A stretch of 35,865 nucleotides of DNA from Vulcanimicrobiota bacterium (GTDB lineage Bacteria > Vulcanimicrobiota > Vulcanimicrobiia > Vulcanimicrobiales > Vulcanimicrobiaceae): positions 1 to 35,865 of the forward strand of contig JAFARW010000147.1 of assembly GCA_019245275.1 (NCBI GenBank). The letters run 5' to 3'. The first letter of the stretch is position 1. Every line of letters starts with the position of its first letter. Of the stretch, positions 1 through 9,134 are shown piece after piece. Under the pieces are notes generated by a model, which was not told the origin of the DNA, ran no database searches, and saw nothing but the letters and a program-made list of their open reading frames with translations. The translations under genes and the position numbers were made by a program.

Positions 1-198
1 TCGGCAGTCGTCAGCGGCGCGCTGTTCGCGGTCGCGCATCAGGACCCGTTTCTCATGATCCCGCTGGCGGCCGGCGGCATCATTCTCTGCTACGTGTACG
101 TGCGCACCGGCAACGCGTGGATGTCGATGATCACGCATGCGTGTTTCAACGGCTTCACGCTAGCGGTGCTCTTCATCGCGCCGAAAAGCGCTTTCTGA
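1..198 (+). CDS. CPBP-family (CAAX/Abi-like) intramembrane protease, C-terminal fragment entering from the left edge
   Basis: Frame 1 is open from nt 1 to TGA 196-198: SAVVSGALFAVAHQDPFLMIPLAAGGIILCYVYVRTGNAWMSMITHACFNGFTLAVLFIAPKSAF. Hydrophobic helices carry FxxxH (FAVAH) and HxxxN (HACFN), as in CPBP motifs 2 and 3. Absent from the ORF track because it has no start in the window. Confidence 0.6.
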   Translation, partial: SAVVSGALFAVAHQDPFLMIPLAAGGIILCYVYVRTGNAWMSMITHACFNGFTLAVLFIAPKSAF

Positions 199-199
199 C

Positions 200-1216
200 G
201 TGCTACGTGTCGCCGTTGACGCCTTCAATCTTGCAACGGACCGGCGCGGCATGGGACGATTGGCACGCAGCGTCCTCGAGACGTTGCACGCAACCAACGA
301 CATTGCATTAACGCTCGTCGTCCGAAACGCGCGCGACATTCCGCCGGCATCCGCTGCCGCAAACGAGTATGCGACACTCGGCGAGGTGCGGCGACGGCAA
401 TTTGATGCGACGTGGTTTCCGTGGAACGGAATGCGCTTTCGACTTGACGGCGGCAGCGTTGTTACGATCCATGATGTCTTCGCCTTCCGGTATCCGCATC
501 GCAATCCGATCGCGCGACGGCGCGAGCAGAGGCCGATTCGACGTGCGGTCAGCGAAGCGAATTTTTTGACTACAGTCTCAGAGTATTGCGCGCGGGAGAT
601 CGCTGCCCAATTCGGATTGCCGTTGGAGCGTCTGAGTATCGCATCGGGTGTGCCGTCCGAGTTCTGGCATCCCGTCTCAGCGACGCCCCGATCCCCGTAC
701 TTCCTTTTTATCGCCGGTCCGGAGCCACGCAAAAATGCTGCCATGCTCTTTGGCGCGTTCGCACGCGCATTTCCGCATCGAGAGGTCCAGCTTGTCGTGG
801 CGGGCACGCTCTCACTCGGCGATGATCGCCTGCTTCGAGAAAGCAAGAACGATTATGCGCGAGTGATTCCGTCCGACGAGGAATTGCGCGATCTGTACAG
901 CGGAGCGATTGCGCTGCTGATTCCGTCGCGCGATGAAGGCTACGGCTTGCCGGCGGTCGAGGCGATGGCGTGCGGCGCGCCGGTTATCGCTTCCAATGCC
1001 GGCGGCTTACCGGAAGCGTGCGACGGCGCGGCGCTCTTGCTCCCGCCCGATCGCAGCGAACAGTGGCAAGATGCGATCGCCTCTCTGGCCGCGGACTCAG
1101 CGCAGCGAGATGAGCTACGTTCACGCTCGCTCGCTCGCGCGGCACGTATCGACCGCTCCAGACCCGGAACCGTTATCGCCGAACGCTTGCGACAAGCTGC
1201 TGCAGCCGCTCGATGA
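200..1216 (+). CDS. Glycosyltransferase family 4 (GT-B, group 1)
   Basis: 338 aa ORF with a GTG start 1 nt after the preceding stop. C-terminal GT1 signature SRDEGYGLPAVEAMACGAPVIASNAGGLPEA (E-x7-E region). Confidence 0.8.
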   Translation: MLRVAVDAFNLATDRRGMGRLARSVLETLHATNDIALTLVVRNARDIPPASAAANEYATLGEVRRRQFDATWFPWNGMRFRLDGGSVVTIHDVFAFRYPHRNPIARRREQRPIRRAVSEANFLTTVSEYCAREIAAQFGLPLERLSIASGVPSEFWHPVSATPRSPYFLFIAGPEPRKNAAMLFGAFARAFPHREVQLVVAGTLSLGDDRLLRESKNDYARVIPSDEELRDLYSGAIALLIPSRDEGYGLPAVEAMACGAPVIASNAGGLPEACDGAALLLPPDRSEQWQDAIASLAADSAQRDELRSRSLARAARIDRSRPGTVIAERLRQAAAAAR

Positions 1217-2246
1217 ACGCAGTCGCGGAGAACTCCTCCGCATGTTCTCGCAGCTTTTTCGGATCGTACCGGCTCCGATCGAACCGCATGATGACACTGC
1301 GCAGCGATGCGCTTGTCGGCTCGTCGAAAAATTCACCGGTTTCGTGCTCGCGGATCGTCTCGAGTGCGCCACCGGCGCGAAGTGCAATCGTCGGCGTTCC
1401 GGTCGCGGCCGCCTCAAGCGGGATCAACCCGAAGTCTTCCTCGCCTGGAACGAGCGCGGCTCGTGCATTTCCAAGCAGTTCGTTCAATCGACCGTCGTCG
1501 ATGAAACCAAGCATCGTCGTTGTCGAGCCGCGCGCGTGGCGGCGCAACGACGCCTCACTCGGTCCGCTGCCGGCAACAAGGAGAGGCGCGCGGGCCGCCG
1601 CGCATGCATCGATCGCCGCCTCGATCCCTTTGTACGGCAAGAGACGGGACGCAATAAAGAAATAATCGCCGCGACCTTCTCCAACGGTGAAGCGATGCAA
1701 CTCGACCGGACAGTGCAAAACCTCGGCGTCGCGCCCGTAGTGCGTGCGAATCCGCTCCGCCACATTTTGCGAGTTTGCGATCAGCATAGTCGGACGTTGC
1801 GCCGCTTCCCAATCCCAACGCGCTAGACGTCTAATTATCGGACGCGCGACATCGCGCAGCGCAAAGCCGCTCGTGTATCGATCGTACGCAAAGACGAAAC
1901 GGCTGACCGTATTCACATAGGAAACGTGAATAGCGCCGGGTGGGACGCGAACGCCCTTCGCCCATGCCGTCGTCGAACTGACGATCGTGTCGTATCCGTT
2001 GAAATCAAACGCCTCGAAAGCGGCCGGATACAGCGGCGCAAGCGCGCGGAAATAATGATTGACTCCCGGCAGCCTTCCTAAGGGTGAAACGTTAATCGTT
2101 CGGTCGTTGAACAGATCGCCGGTTTGTGCCGGATCGTAGAGAGCGGTAAAGATCGGCGCCGCCGGAAAGGCGCGGGCAATTTGCGCAAAGACACGCTCGG
2201 CACCCCCGCGCTGATTTAAGTAGTCGTGTACGAGCGCTGTCTTCAG
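1173..2246 (-). CDS. Glycosyltransferase family 4 (GT-B, group 1), probable CTG start
   Basis: The C-terminal 357 codons of track ORF 1173..2768 read (L/M)KTALVHDYLNQRGGAERVF ... EDFGLIPLEAAATGTPTIALRAGGALETI, typical GT4 N- and C-terminal motifs. The upstream 174 codons are Arg-rich junk overlapping the M16 gene. No ATG/GTG/TTG lies at the homologous N-terminus. A CTG at 2246-2244 overlaps the upstream TGA stop (CTGA). Confidence 0.75.
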   Translation of the reverse strand: MKTALVHDYLNQRGGAERVFAQIARAFPAAPIFTALYDPAQTGDLFNDRTINVSPLGRLPGVNHYFRALAPLYPAAFEAFDFNGYDTIVSSTTAWAKGVRVPPGAIHVSYVNTVSRFVFAYDRYTSGFALRDVARPIIRRLARWDWEAAQRPTMLIANSQNVAERIRTHYGRDAEVLHCPVELHRFTVGEGRGDYFFIASRLLPYKGIEAAIDACAAARAPLLVAGSGPSEASLRRHARGSTTTMLGFIDDGRLNELLGNARAALVPGEEDFGLIPLEAAATGTPTIALRAGGALETIREHETGEFFDEPTSASLRSVIMRFDRSRYDPKKLREHAEEFSATAFIERLQQLVASVRR

Positions 2247-3571
2247 GTAGAGGATTGGTTGTCGCGCGGGAGCACGATCGCGACGTTCGGATTGCTTAAG
2301 TAGATGCGTGCGACGCGCTGCAAATCGGCTGCCCGCACGGTACCGATCGCTTTGAGGCCGTGCGCGACGAAATCCGCGGAAACGCCCTCGGCTGCGAACA
2401 CGCCGGCAAACCACGTCCGATCTTCGAGCGAACTCGCGGCGTCGACGTACGTGCCGGCAGCGATCTGCTTCATCGTCGTAATATCGCCCGAAAGCTTGCT
2501 GCGCGCGAAGATCTGAATGACCGAAAGCGCAGTGCTGAACGGGCGCGACGGATCGCCGAATCCGCCGTTGATGAATAGGACGACGTTCGCCGGCTGCTCG
2601 TCGAAATTGTACATCGCTCCCGCGGGACGATCGCTGAACGGCACCGTCGTCACACTGGGATTGCCGGCAACGTCGGTGGCGGTTCGTTCCAAGAATGACG
2701 TGAGCACGAGCATCGCACCGAAGTCCCGACTGCGCAGCGACGGCGCCGGGAATTGCGCAACGAGCCACGGCACGGCGACATCGCGTCGCGCGACAAGACG
2801 ACGCTGCGTTCCGCGCAATTTTGCCACCTTGATCGGGATCGGCGTCGTCGCGCCTGCGGGGAGCGTGTCGATCAGTTTCGTAAAATCGTCAGTGCGTGTG
2901 GCATCGAGACCCCCACCTGCGCTGAGCACGGCGCCTGTGCGGCGGTAGTATGTCGCGAAGAATCGCTGCGCGTCAGCTGGCGTTTGACTCTCGAGAGTAG
3001 CCGGCAGGCCGTACGGTGGTAAGCCCGCATCGGACTCCGTGAAGAACGCGGCGTTGAGCATCTCTAAACCGACCGTCAGCGGGATCGCTTCGTTTTCAGC
3101 GATCCGGCGATCGAGTTCTTCGCGCGCGCGCAGCAGCGCCGTATCGTTGAAGTTCGGGTGCGATAGCGCTGCTTCGAAGAGCGGCAGCAACTGCGGACCG
3201 AAATTCGCTTTGATCCCTTCGAGGTAGTAGCGGATCCAATGCCCGTCAACGCTGTAGGAAATCGCGCCGCCCTGCGCTTGCAGCGCCTCGCGCAACGGAA
3301 GCTGCTCGCGGCCAACCGGCGTGTTCAAAATATCCTCGGCGACGAGCGCTGAGAGCCCGCTTTGCGCCGGCGTCTGCCGGTCGAGTCCCGCGCGTACGAA
3401 AAGCTGCATGCCGACTAGCGAACTCTGCGGATCAGCCTGCTGCACGATGCGCGCGCCTTCGTAATTCGTCTGCGCGGGCGAAGCGTCACGGCTCTGCGCG
3501 GCTTGCGCGGGCGCGTACATCGCTGGGGTGATGGCTGCTACAAAAGCAATCGCCGCGAACGATGCTCTCAT
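2243..3571 (-). CDS. M16 (pitrilysin/insulinase) family protein, exported, zinc motif absent
   Basis: 442 aa with signal peptide [25 protein letters not shown]16-like layout, but SGLSALVAEDIL sits where HxxEH is expected. The start overlaps the upstream stop by 4 nt. Confidence 0.65.
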   Translation of the reverse strand: MRASFAAIAFVAAITPAMYAPAQAAQSRDASPAQTNYEGARIVQQADPQSSLVGMQLFVRAGLDRQTPAQSGLSALVAEDILNTPVGREQLPLREALQAQGGAISYSVDGHWIRYYLEGIKANFGPQLLPLFEAALSHPNFNDTALLRAREELDRRIAENEAIPLTVGLEMLNAAFFTESDAGLPPYGLPATLESQTPADAQRFFATYYRRTGAVLSAGGGLDATRTDDFTKLIDTLPAGATTPIPIKVAKLRGTQRRLVARRDVAVPWLVAQFPAPSLRSRDFGAMLVLTSFLERTATDVAGNPSVTTVPFSDRPAGAMYNFDEQPANVVLFINGGFGDPSRPFSTALSVIQIFARSKLSGDITTMKQIAAGTYVDAASSLEDRTWFAGVFAAEGVSADFVAHGLKAIGTVRAADLQRVARIYLSNPNVAIVLPRDNQSST

Positions 3572-4866
3572 TTCGAAGTCGCTCGCAAGCGCACGATTGT
3601 GGGTTGACCCAGATACTGCTGGGCAACTCTTGCGATATAACCGGGGTCGAGCGACTGCGCGGCTTGCAAGTATTTCGCGCCGTCGTCACTGGGTGCGTAC
3701 AGAGGATCGCCTTCGACTGCGTACCAGCCGAAGTTGTCAGCCATCGCGAGCGGTGACTCAGTATCGCTTAGGATGTGATATTCGAAAGCGGTGCGCGCCG
3801 CATCAAACGCCGGCTGCGAAAGCGGGTGCTTGATCTGCGCCAGTTGATCTTCGACGTGTGCCTGCAGCCGGTCGATTTGGCGGCCGGCCATTTCGACGAC
3901 CATGACCCCGGGGTCGTGAAGCGTGACGAACTGACCCGAGACAAACGAATCCGCGGCATCGTCGCGGCTCAGCCGCTCGACGGTGCCGGTGTCGATCCGA
4001 AAGAGATAATCCGCAATGAAGTCGAGCGCGGTCGCAGCCTTCACATCGCGGATCGGAGGTCCGAGCCATGCCAGACCAATTGCATCTTCACCGTACGTGC
4101 GAGTTGTTGCCGAGGGAGCTTGAGCCGGAGTTGAATCGACCGGATTCTCCATTGACGGCCGAGCCGCACGTCCTGCAACGCTTGCCGCCAAATTTTCGGG
4201 TGCGTAGCCCGCAACCGTCAGGATGGCGTTCGTCGATCGAAACGCGCGGGCCGCAAAAGACTTCAGCTCGCTGAGCGAGACACGGGTGAGCGCAGAGGCG
4301 CTGGCCGGCACAGTTGCGTAGTGCGCGGGTCCGCTGATGAAGAGCTGCGAGAAGAGCGCATCGTGCAGCGTCGCTTGCGGATCCAGTTGCTGCTGCGCCC
4401 CGGCAATTGCAACCTCGCGCAGCGCGCTACGCATCGACTGCGGCGAAAGCGTCGGCGTAAAGTAGGCCGTCGTGAGCGCGCGCAAGACTTTGCGTTCGCT
4501 TTGAGCGGGGATCGATGCTGCAACGGAAACCGCATCGGCATTAGCGCTGATCGTGAAGCGTCCGCCAAGGCCTTTTATCAACTGACCGATCGAAGGCGAG
4601 CGCCCCTGCGATGATGCTGCAATCGCGGTCGCAGCATAGCGGGACAATCCAATGACGGGTGAGCGAAAGCCGATTGAAGGCGCGCGAAACCAAAGTTCGA
4701 TCGCGACCATCGGCAGGGTCGCATCGCGGCGCAGGATCAACGCACTTCCGTTGGGCAGCTGCGTGCGTTCGACGGCGGCGCTACACGGTAATGTACGGAA
4801 AGTTGCGAAGAACGCAAGACCGGCGCAAACGGCGAGCGCGCCCAGCGCGAGGGCGCGACGCGTCAT
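3568..4866 (-). CDS. M16 (pitrilysin/insulinase) family protein, exported, zinc motif absent
   Basis: 432 aa with signal peptide [22 protein letters not shown]-terminal [28 protein letters not shown] is M16-like. [13 protein letters not shown] replaces HxxEH. ATGA overlap with the ftsH stop. Confidence 0.65.
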   Translation of the reverse strand: MTRRALALGALAVCAGLAFFATFRTLPCSAAVERTQLPNGSALILRRDATLPMVAIELWFRAPSIGFRSPVIGLSRYAATAIAASSQGRSPSIGQLIKGLGGRFTISANADAVSVAASIPAQSERKVLRALTTAYFTPTLSPQSMRSALREVAIAGAQQQLDPQATLHDALFSQLFISGPAHYATVPASASALTRVSLSELKSFAARAFRSTNAILTVAGYAPENLAASVAGRAARPSMENPVDSTPAQAPSATTRTYGEDAIGLAWLGPPIRDVKAATALDFIADYLFRIDTGTVERLSRDDAADSFVSGQFVTLHDPGVMVVEMAGRQIDRLQAHVEDQLAQIKHPLSQPAFDAARTAFEYHILSDTESPLAMADNFGWYAVEGDPLYAPSDDGAKYLQAAQSLDPGYIARVAQQYLGQPTIVRLRATSK

Positions 4867-6779
4867 GCCGGTTCCGGCGATATACTGGGCGGGAGGCGCT
4901 TGCTTTTCGGCTTCGCCCGCGTGCCGCCCTCAACGCGCGCGGGAGCTGACGGCGGACCGGCGTCGCTCGGCGTGCTGTCCCTTGCATAGGGGCGATCTTC
5001 TAAAATCGCCCTGACCTCGTCGGCCTCGACGGTTTCATACTCAAGCAGCGAGCTGACCATCCGCTCGACCTTATCCCAATTCTTCTTCAACAGCTCACGG
5101 CCGCGTTCGTAACATGTGTCGATGAGATGGCGCACTTCGGCATCGATGCGTCCAGCAATGTCCTCCGAGTAGTTGCGATCCTCTCCGAGTTCGCGACCGA
5201 GAAAGACTTGATGGTTTCCGCGTCCATATTGAATCGGCCCGAGTGCGTCCGACATGCCATATTGCGTGACCATCCGCCGCGCGATTTCCGTCGCTTTTTC
5301 GAAGTCGTTGCTGGCGCCGGTCGTGACGTCTTTAAACTTCACCTCTTCGGCGATGCGCCCGCCCAGCAGCCTGCAAAGCGCGGCTAAGAGCTGCTCCTTC
5401 GTTTGGCTGTGGCGGTCATCTTCAGGCAGCGACCAGGTGATGCCCATCGCCATGCCGCGCGGGATGATAGTCACTTTGTGAATCGGATCGTGGTGCGGCA
5501 GCAACCCGCCGATCACCGCGTGCCCCGACTCATGGTAGGCCGTCACTTCTTTTTCTTGCTGGGACATAACGACGGATCGGCGTTCCGGCCCGACCATCAC
5601 GCGATCGATCGCTTCATCGCAATCCGACATCTCGATCGCGCTCTTATCCCTGCGCGCAGCGAGCAGCGCCGCCTCATTGAGAAGATTCTCGAGATCGGCG
5701 CCGGAGAAACCCGGCGTTCGTTTGGCGAGCGTTTCGAGCGAGACGTCTTTGGCCAGCGGCTTGTTGCGCACGTGCACGCCGAGGATCGCAGCGCGGCCTT
5801 TGATGTCTGCGCGATCGACGACGATCTGCCGATCGAAGCGACCGGGCCGCAAAAGCGCCGGATCCAAAACGTCGGGTCGATTCGTTGCTGCGATCAAGAT
5901 GACGCCCGTGTTTTGATCGAAGCCGTCCATTTCAACGAGCAACTGATTGAGCGTCTGTTCGCGCTCGTCGTGGCCGCCGCCGAGCCCCGCACCGCGCTGC
6001 CGTCCGACCGCATCGATCTCATCGATGAAGACAATGCACGGCGCCGATTTCTTCGCTTGCTCGAAGAGGTCGCGCACGCGTGAGGCGCCGACGCCGACAA
6101 ACATCTCGACGAAGTCCGAACCGGAAATCGAGAAAAATGGCACGCCGGCTTCACCGGCGATCGCGCGCGCCAGAAGCGTCTTTCCGGAGCCCGGCGGACC
6201 GAGCAACAGAACGCCCTTCGGAATGCGCGCACCCAGCGATTGAAACTTCTTCGGATATTTCAGGAACTCGACGACTTCTTGGAGCTCTTCCTTGGCCTCG
6301 TCGATCCCCGCGACGTCGTTGAACGTGACCTTCGGCCGATTTTCAGACAGCAGCTTCGCGCGCGAACGACCAAACGAGAGTGCTTGACTACCGCCATTTT
6401 GCGCCTGCCGCAAGATGAAGATCAGGAAGCCGGCCATCAAGAGCAGCGGTAAGAATTGCAGGATGTTCGCGAAGATCGCGCCGTTGCTCGGCTGCTCGAC
6501 ATCGATGCCGACGCCATGGTTGTAAAGAAATTGCGTGAACGGATAGCTGCTTGCGTCGGGAACTGACACCGTGTACTTGGTGCCGTTACGGAGCTCGCCC
6601 GTGGCGTCATGTCCGACGGCATGGAAATCTTTGACCTGATTCTGCGAAACGCGCCGGTAGAAATCGCTATAGCTGAGCTTCTGGCTCGTGTTTTGCGTCA
6701 GCACGAGCCGTTCCACGATCAAGAAGACCGCGATGATTGCCGCGATTATCAGAACGATCGAGCGAAGATGCTTAGCCAA
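4863..6779 (-). CDS. ftsH: ATP-dependent zinc metalloprotease FtsH
   Basis: 638 aa. N-terminal TM helix, Walker [24 protein letters not shown], Walker [11 protein letters not shown], second region of homology, and zinc site HESGHAV. TTG start at 6779. Confidence 0.97.
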   Translation of the reverse strand: MAKHLRSIVLIIAAIIAVFLIVERLVLTQNTSQKLSYSDFYRRVSQNQVKDFHAVGHDATGELRNGTKYTVSVPDASSYPFTQFLYNHGVGIDVEQPSNGAIFANILQFLPLLLMAGFLIFILRQAQNGGSQALSFGRSRAKLLSENRPKVTFNDVAGIDEAKEELQEVVEFLKYPKKFQSLGARIPKGVLLLGPPGSGKTLLARAIAGEAGVPFFSISGSDFVEMFVGVGASRVRDLFEQAKKSAPCIVFIDEIDAVGRQRGAGLGGGHDEREQTLNQLLVEMDGFDQNTGVILIAATNRPDVLDPALLRPGRFDRQIVVDRADIKGRAAILGVHVRNKPLAKDVSLETLAKRTPGFSGADLENLLNEAALLAARRDKSAIEMSDCDEAIDRVMVGPERRSVVMSQQEKEVTAYHESGHAVIGGLLPHHDPIHKVTIIPRGMAMGITWSLPEDDRHSQTKEQLLAALCRLLGGRIAEEVKFKDVTTGASNDFEKATEIARRMVTQYGMSDALGPIQYGRGNHQVFLGRELGEDRNYSEDIAGRIDAEVRHLIDTCYERGRELLKKNWDKVERMVSSLLEYETVEADEVRAILEDRPYARDSTPSDAGPPSAPARVEGGTRAKPKSKRLPPSISPEPA

Positions 6780-6785
6780 AGAGTA

Positions 6786-7307
6786 TCAGTGTCCCAGTTG
6801 CGCGATAAAAGGGAGGTTTCGATAGCGTTCTTGGTGGTCCAAACCGTACCCTACGACAAACGCGTCGGGCGCCGTCATGCCGACATAATCGATGCGTGCG
6901 TTCGCGCGGCGGTGGTACGGTTTGTCGAGCAGAGTGCACGATTTGAGCAACGCGGGGTTGCGCGCTCTTAGATGCTTTTGTAGCCAATCGAGCGTGAGCC
7001 CGTGATCGACGATGTCCTCGACGATCACGACGTGCTTACCCGTCACGCAACTCTTCAGATCCTTGAGCATTCGTACATCACCGCTGCTACGGCTATTTTG
7101 CCCATAACTCGAGAGAACGATGTAGTCGACAACTATCTCGCTGGGACCGCCGCCTATCGTGCAGAGCGTCCGGACTAAATCGACCGTGACATACAGCGCA
7201 CCTTTCAACACGCCCAGCAGGAGCAAGGGTTTCCCGGCGAAGTCGCGGCCGATCTCTTCGGCCAGCCGGACGACGGCGGTGCGGACTTCCTCCGGTGTGA
7301 ACAGCAG
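6786..7307 (-). CDS. hpt: Hypoxanthine(-guanine) phosphoribosyltransferase; start codon unresolved
   Basis: Track ORF 6786..7226 (TTG) begins inside the conserved core (PLLLLGVLKGALYV, PRPP loop VVIVEDIVDHGLT). The frame stays open upstream and encodes homologous N-terminal residues LLFTPEEVRTAVVRLAEEIGRDFAGK. The only in-frame start candidates there are CTG 7307, CTG 7304 and ATC 7316. See the finding on the tilS junction. Confidence 0.85.
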   Translation of the reverse strand: MLFTPEEVRTAVVRLAEEIGRDFAGKPLLLLGVLKGALYVTVDLVRTLCTIGGGPSEIVVDYIVLSSYGQNSRSSGDVRMLKDLKSCVTGKHVVIVEDIVDHGLTLDWLQKHLRARNPALLKSCTLLDKPYHRRANARIDYVGMTAPDAFVVGYGLDHQERYRNLPFIAQLGH

Positions 7308-7339
7308 ACGACCGATGCCGTCTCCCGCAGCCGTCTCCT

Positions 7340-8224
7340 TTAACGTTTTTTGACCCCCAACCGCCCCCGGCGCACCGAGACGCTGACGTTCCGTTTCGCA
7401 TGAAAGAGACCGGAGCGGCCGGCTTCGAGTGCACGCACGGCGCTCTCAATATGTTCGAAGTCGACATCGAGCAACTCACCGCTTTCATCGAGCGCCTCGC
7501 GCACGCGACGCCGGAGCGTGGCCCGTGGAGCATCGGCGAGCTCGTCCGCCACGATGTGTGCCGCGCGCGCGACCGCCCGATCCAGTCGCGGGAACGAAAG
7601 GCGCAACGTCGTCAACGCCTCGCGCACCGCGTTGCGTCGATAGCGTACATCTTCATTCGTCGGATCGAGCGCATACGGCAAACAGAGCATCTCGCAATAA
7701 TGGCGCAGCTCATCGTGAGTTCGGCGCAGCAGCGGACGATAAAGATCGATCCCGATCGCGAGTGGCCGACGAGCGGCAATTCCGGTTAAGCCGGCTGTGC
7801 CGGCCCCGCGGAAGAGCGCCATTAACACCGTTTCGGTTTGATCTTCAGCGGTATGACCCGTCGCAATAGCGGTCGCTTCGCGTTTTTCTGCGATCCGTTG
7901 CAGTGTCGCGTAACGTGCCGTGCGCATCGCGCCCTCGCCGCGCGGCACGGCGCTCAGCCTGACACTCGCTACCGGAAGCCCAAGCGCCGCGGCAACGTGG
8001 AGGACGACCGCTTCGTCCTGATCGGCCGAACGGCGTTGCCCATGGTTGATGTGGGCAATCGATAGGCGCCAACCTTGTTTGGTTGCGACAGCGTTCATCG
8101 CCGCGGCGAGCGCGACGCTGTCGGGGCCACCCGAGCAAGCGATGAGAATCGATTCTCCGTTTCGCAGCGTCGCATCGCGCACGAGGGCCGATTCGAGAGC
8201 GCGCTGCGGCTTAGCGCCGCGCAT
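7340..8224 (-). CDS. tilS: tRNA(Ile)-lysidine synthase TilS
   Basis: PP-loop ILIACSGGPDSVALA, then HINHGQRRSADQDE and the TilS-like remainder. The longest ORF starts at 8266; the ATG at 8224 (MRGAKPQ) reduces the overlap with smpB. Conserved tilS-hpt-ftsH order. Confidence 0.9.
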   Translation of the reverse strand: MRGAKPQRALESALVRDATLRNGESILIACSGGPDSVALAAAMNAVATKQGWRLSIAHINHGQRRSADQDEAVVLHVAAALGLPVASVRLSAVPRGEGAMRTARYATLQRIAEKREATAIATGHTAEDQTETVLMALFRGAGTAGLTGIAARRPLAIGIDLYRPLLRRTHDELRHYCEMLCLPYALDPTNEDVRYRRNAVREALTTLRLSFPRLDRAVARAAHIVADELADAPRATLRRRVREALDESGELLDVDFEHIESAVRALEAGRSGLFHAKRNVSVSVRRGRLGVKKR

Positions 8225-8696
8225 GTCGTGCCAGTTCTCTGCGCAGTTCGCGCTCCGCCGTCGCACGGCGCTTATCCCATAACTTCTTGCCGCGCGCGAG
8301 CCCGATCTCCACTTTTACCTTACCGCGCGTGAAGTAAAGGCGAAGCGGGACGAGCGTCAGGCCCTTTTCGGCTGTCCTCCCGCCGAGACGAAGGATCTGC
8401 GCGCGGTGCAACAGCAGCTTGCGTGGCCTCGCCGGATCGGGATTCGCAAAGCTTCCTTCCTTATACGGAGGCACGTGCATGCCGAGCAACCAGAGCTCGC
8501 CATCACGCACGCGCGCGTAGCTTTGCGCAAGGCTGACGCCGCCGGCCCGAATCGATTTGATCTCGGTGCCCGTCAGCACGATGCCCGCCTCAAGCGACTC
8601 GAGGATCTCGTATTCATATCGCGCGCGCCGATTATCGACCGCCGGGGACCGCGTTTGCGGCGTCTGGTCACCGCGCGACGCACGGCCCTTTGCCAT
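8211..8696 (-). CDS. smpB: SsrA-binding protein SmpB
   Basis: DNRRARYEYEILESLEAGIVLTGTEIKSIRAGGVSLAQSYARV ... RPRKLLLHRAQI ... LVPLRLYFTRGKVKVEIGLARGKK. The ATG at 8696 shares one nt with the upstream TAA (TAATG). The longer track ORF to 8837 overlaps the thioesterase gene. Confidence 0.93.
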   Translation of the reverse strand: MAKGRASRGDQTPQTRSPAVDNRRARYEYEILESLEAGIVLTGTEIKSIRAGGVSLAQSYARVRDGELWLLGMHVPPYKEGSFANPDPARPRKLLLHRAQILRLGGRTAEKGLTLVPLRLYFTRGKVKVEIGLARGKKLWDKRRATAERELRRELARHARR

Positions 8697-9130
8697 TACG
8701 TCCGCTCGAGTTTTCGAGCCAGGTCCGATGAAGGATCGATCGGGCCGCGCGAAACGAAGTGGCCCTCGCCTTCCGCAAGAACGCGTTTGTCCTCGCTCAC
8801 ACGCGCATAAAGGCCGAGAACGTTGCGGCGCATCCAACGCACTTCACCATAGATGTCGAGCTGCCGGCCGAGCGGAACCGGACCCCGAAAGCGCGTCCTC
8901 AGACTGGCGGTAACACCGCGAAACCCCGCCGCGCCTGCGGCATGCGCCATCGCTTCATCGAGCAACGCGATCACGATCCCGCCGTGTGCGACATCGCGCC
9001 AGCCTTGAAATTGAGGCTCGAGCGTCGTGTGACCGAGCACGCTCTGCGTTCCCGCGCGCTCGAAGTGCAAATGCAAACCGATCGCGTTATCCGCGCCGCA
9101 GGCAAAGCAATTCCCATCATCGATGGGCAC
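8696..9130 (-). CDS. PaaI/hotdog-fold thioesterase
   Basis: CFACGADNAIGLHLHF ... WRDVAHGGIVIALLDEAMAHA is typical of PaaI-type hotdog thioesterases. The GTG at 9130 lies 5 nt after the upstream stop; TTG 9145 is an alternative. Confidence 0.7.
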   Translation of the reverse strand: MPIDDGNCFACGADNAIGLHLHFERAGTQSVLGHTTLEPQFQGWRDVAHGGIVIALLDEAMAHAAGAAGFRGVTASLRTRFRGPVPLGRQLDIYGEVRWMRRNVLGLYARVSEDKRVLAEGEGHFVSRGPIDPSSDLARKLERT

Positions 9131-9134
9131 CGCG

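Noticed and set aside
933-1826. 297-aa plus-strand ORF
   Set aside because: It lies antisense to the well-supported GT4 gene and overlaps the other GT. The product is Arg/Ala-rich with no recognisable motifs. This is a typical shadow ORF in GC-rich DNA.
2247-2768. N-terminal 174 codons of track ORF 1173..2768
   Set aside because: It fully overlaps the 3' part of the M16 gene in another frame and is Arg-rich. GT4 homology only starts at 2246.
8697-8837. Longer SmpB ORF, and a search for ssrA (tmRNA) next to smpB
   Set aside because: The extension overlaps the thioesterase gene and is not SmpB-like. Both flanks of smpB are protein-coding, which leaves no room for a ~350-nt tmRNA gene.
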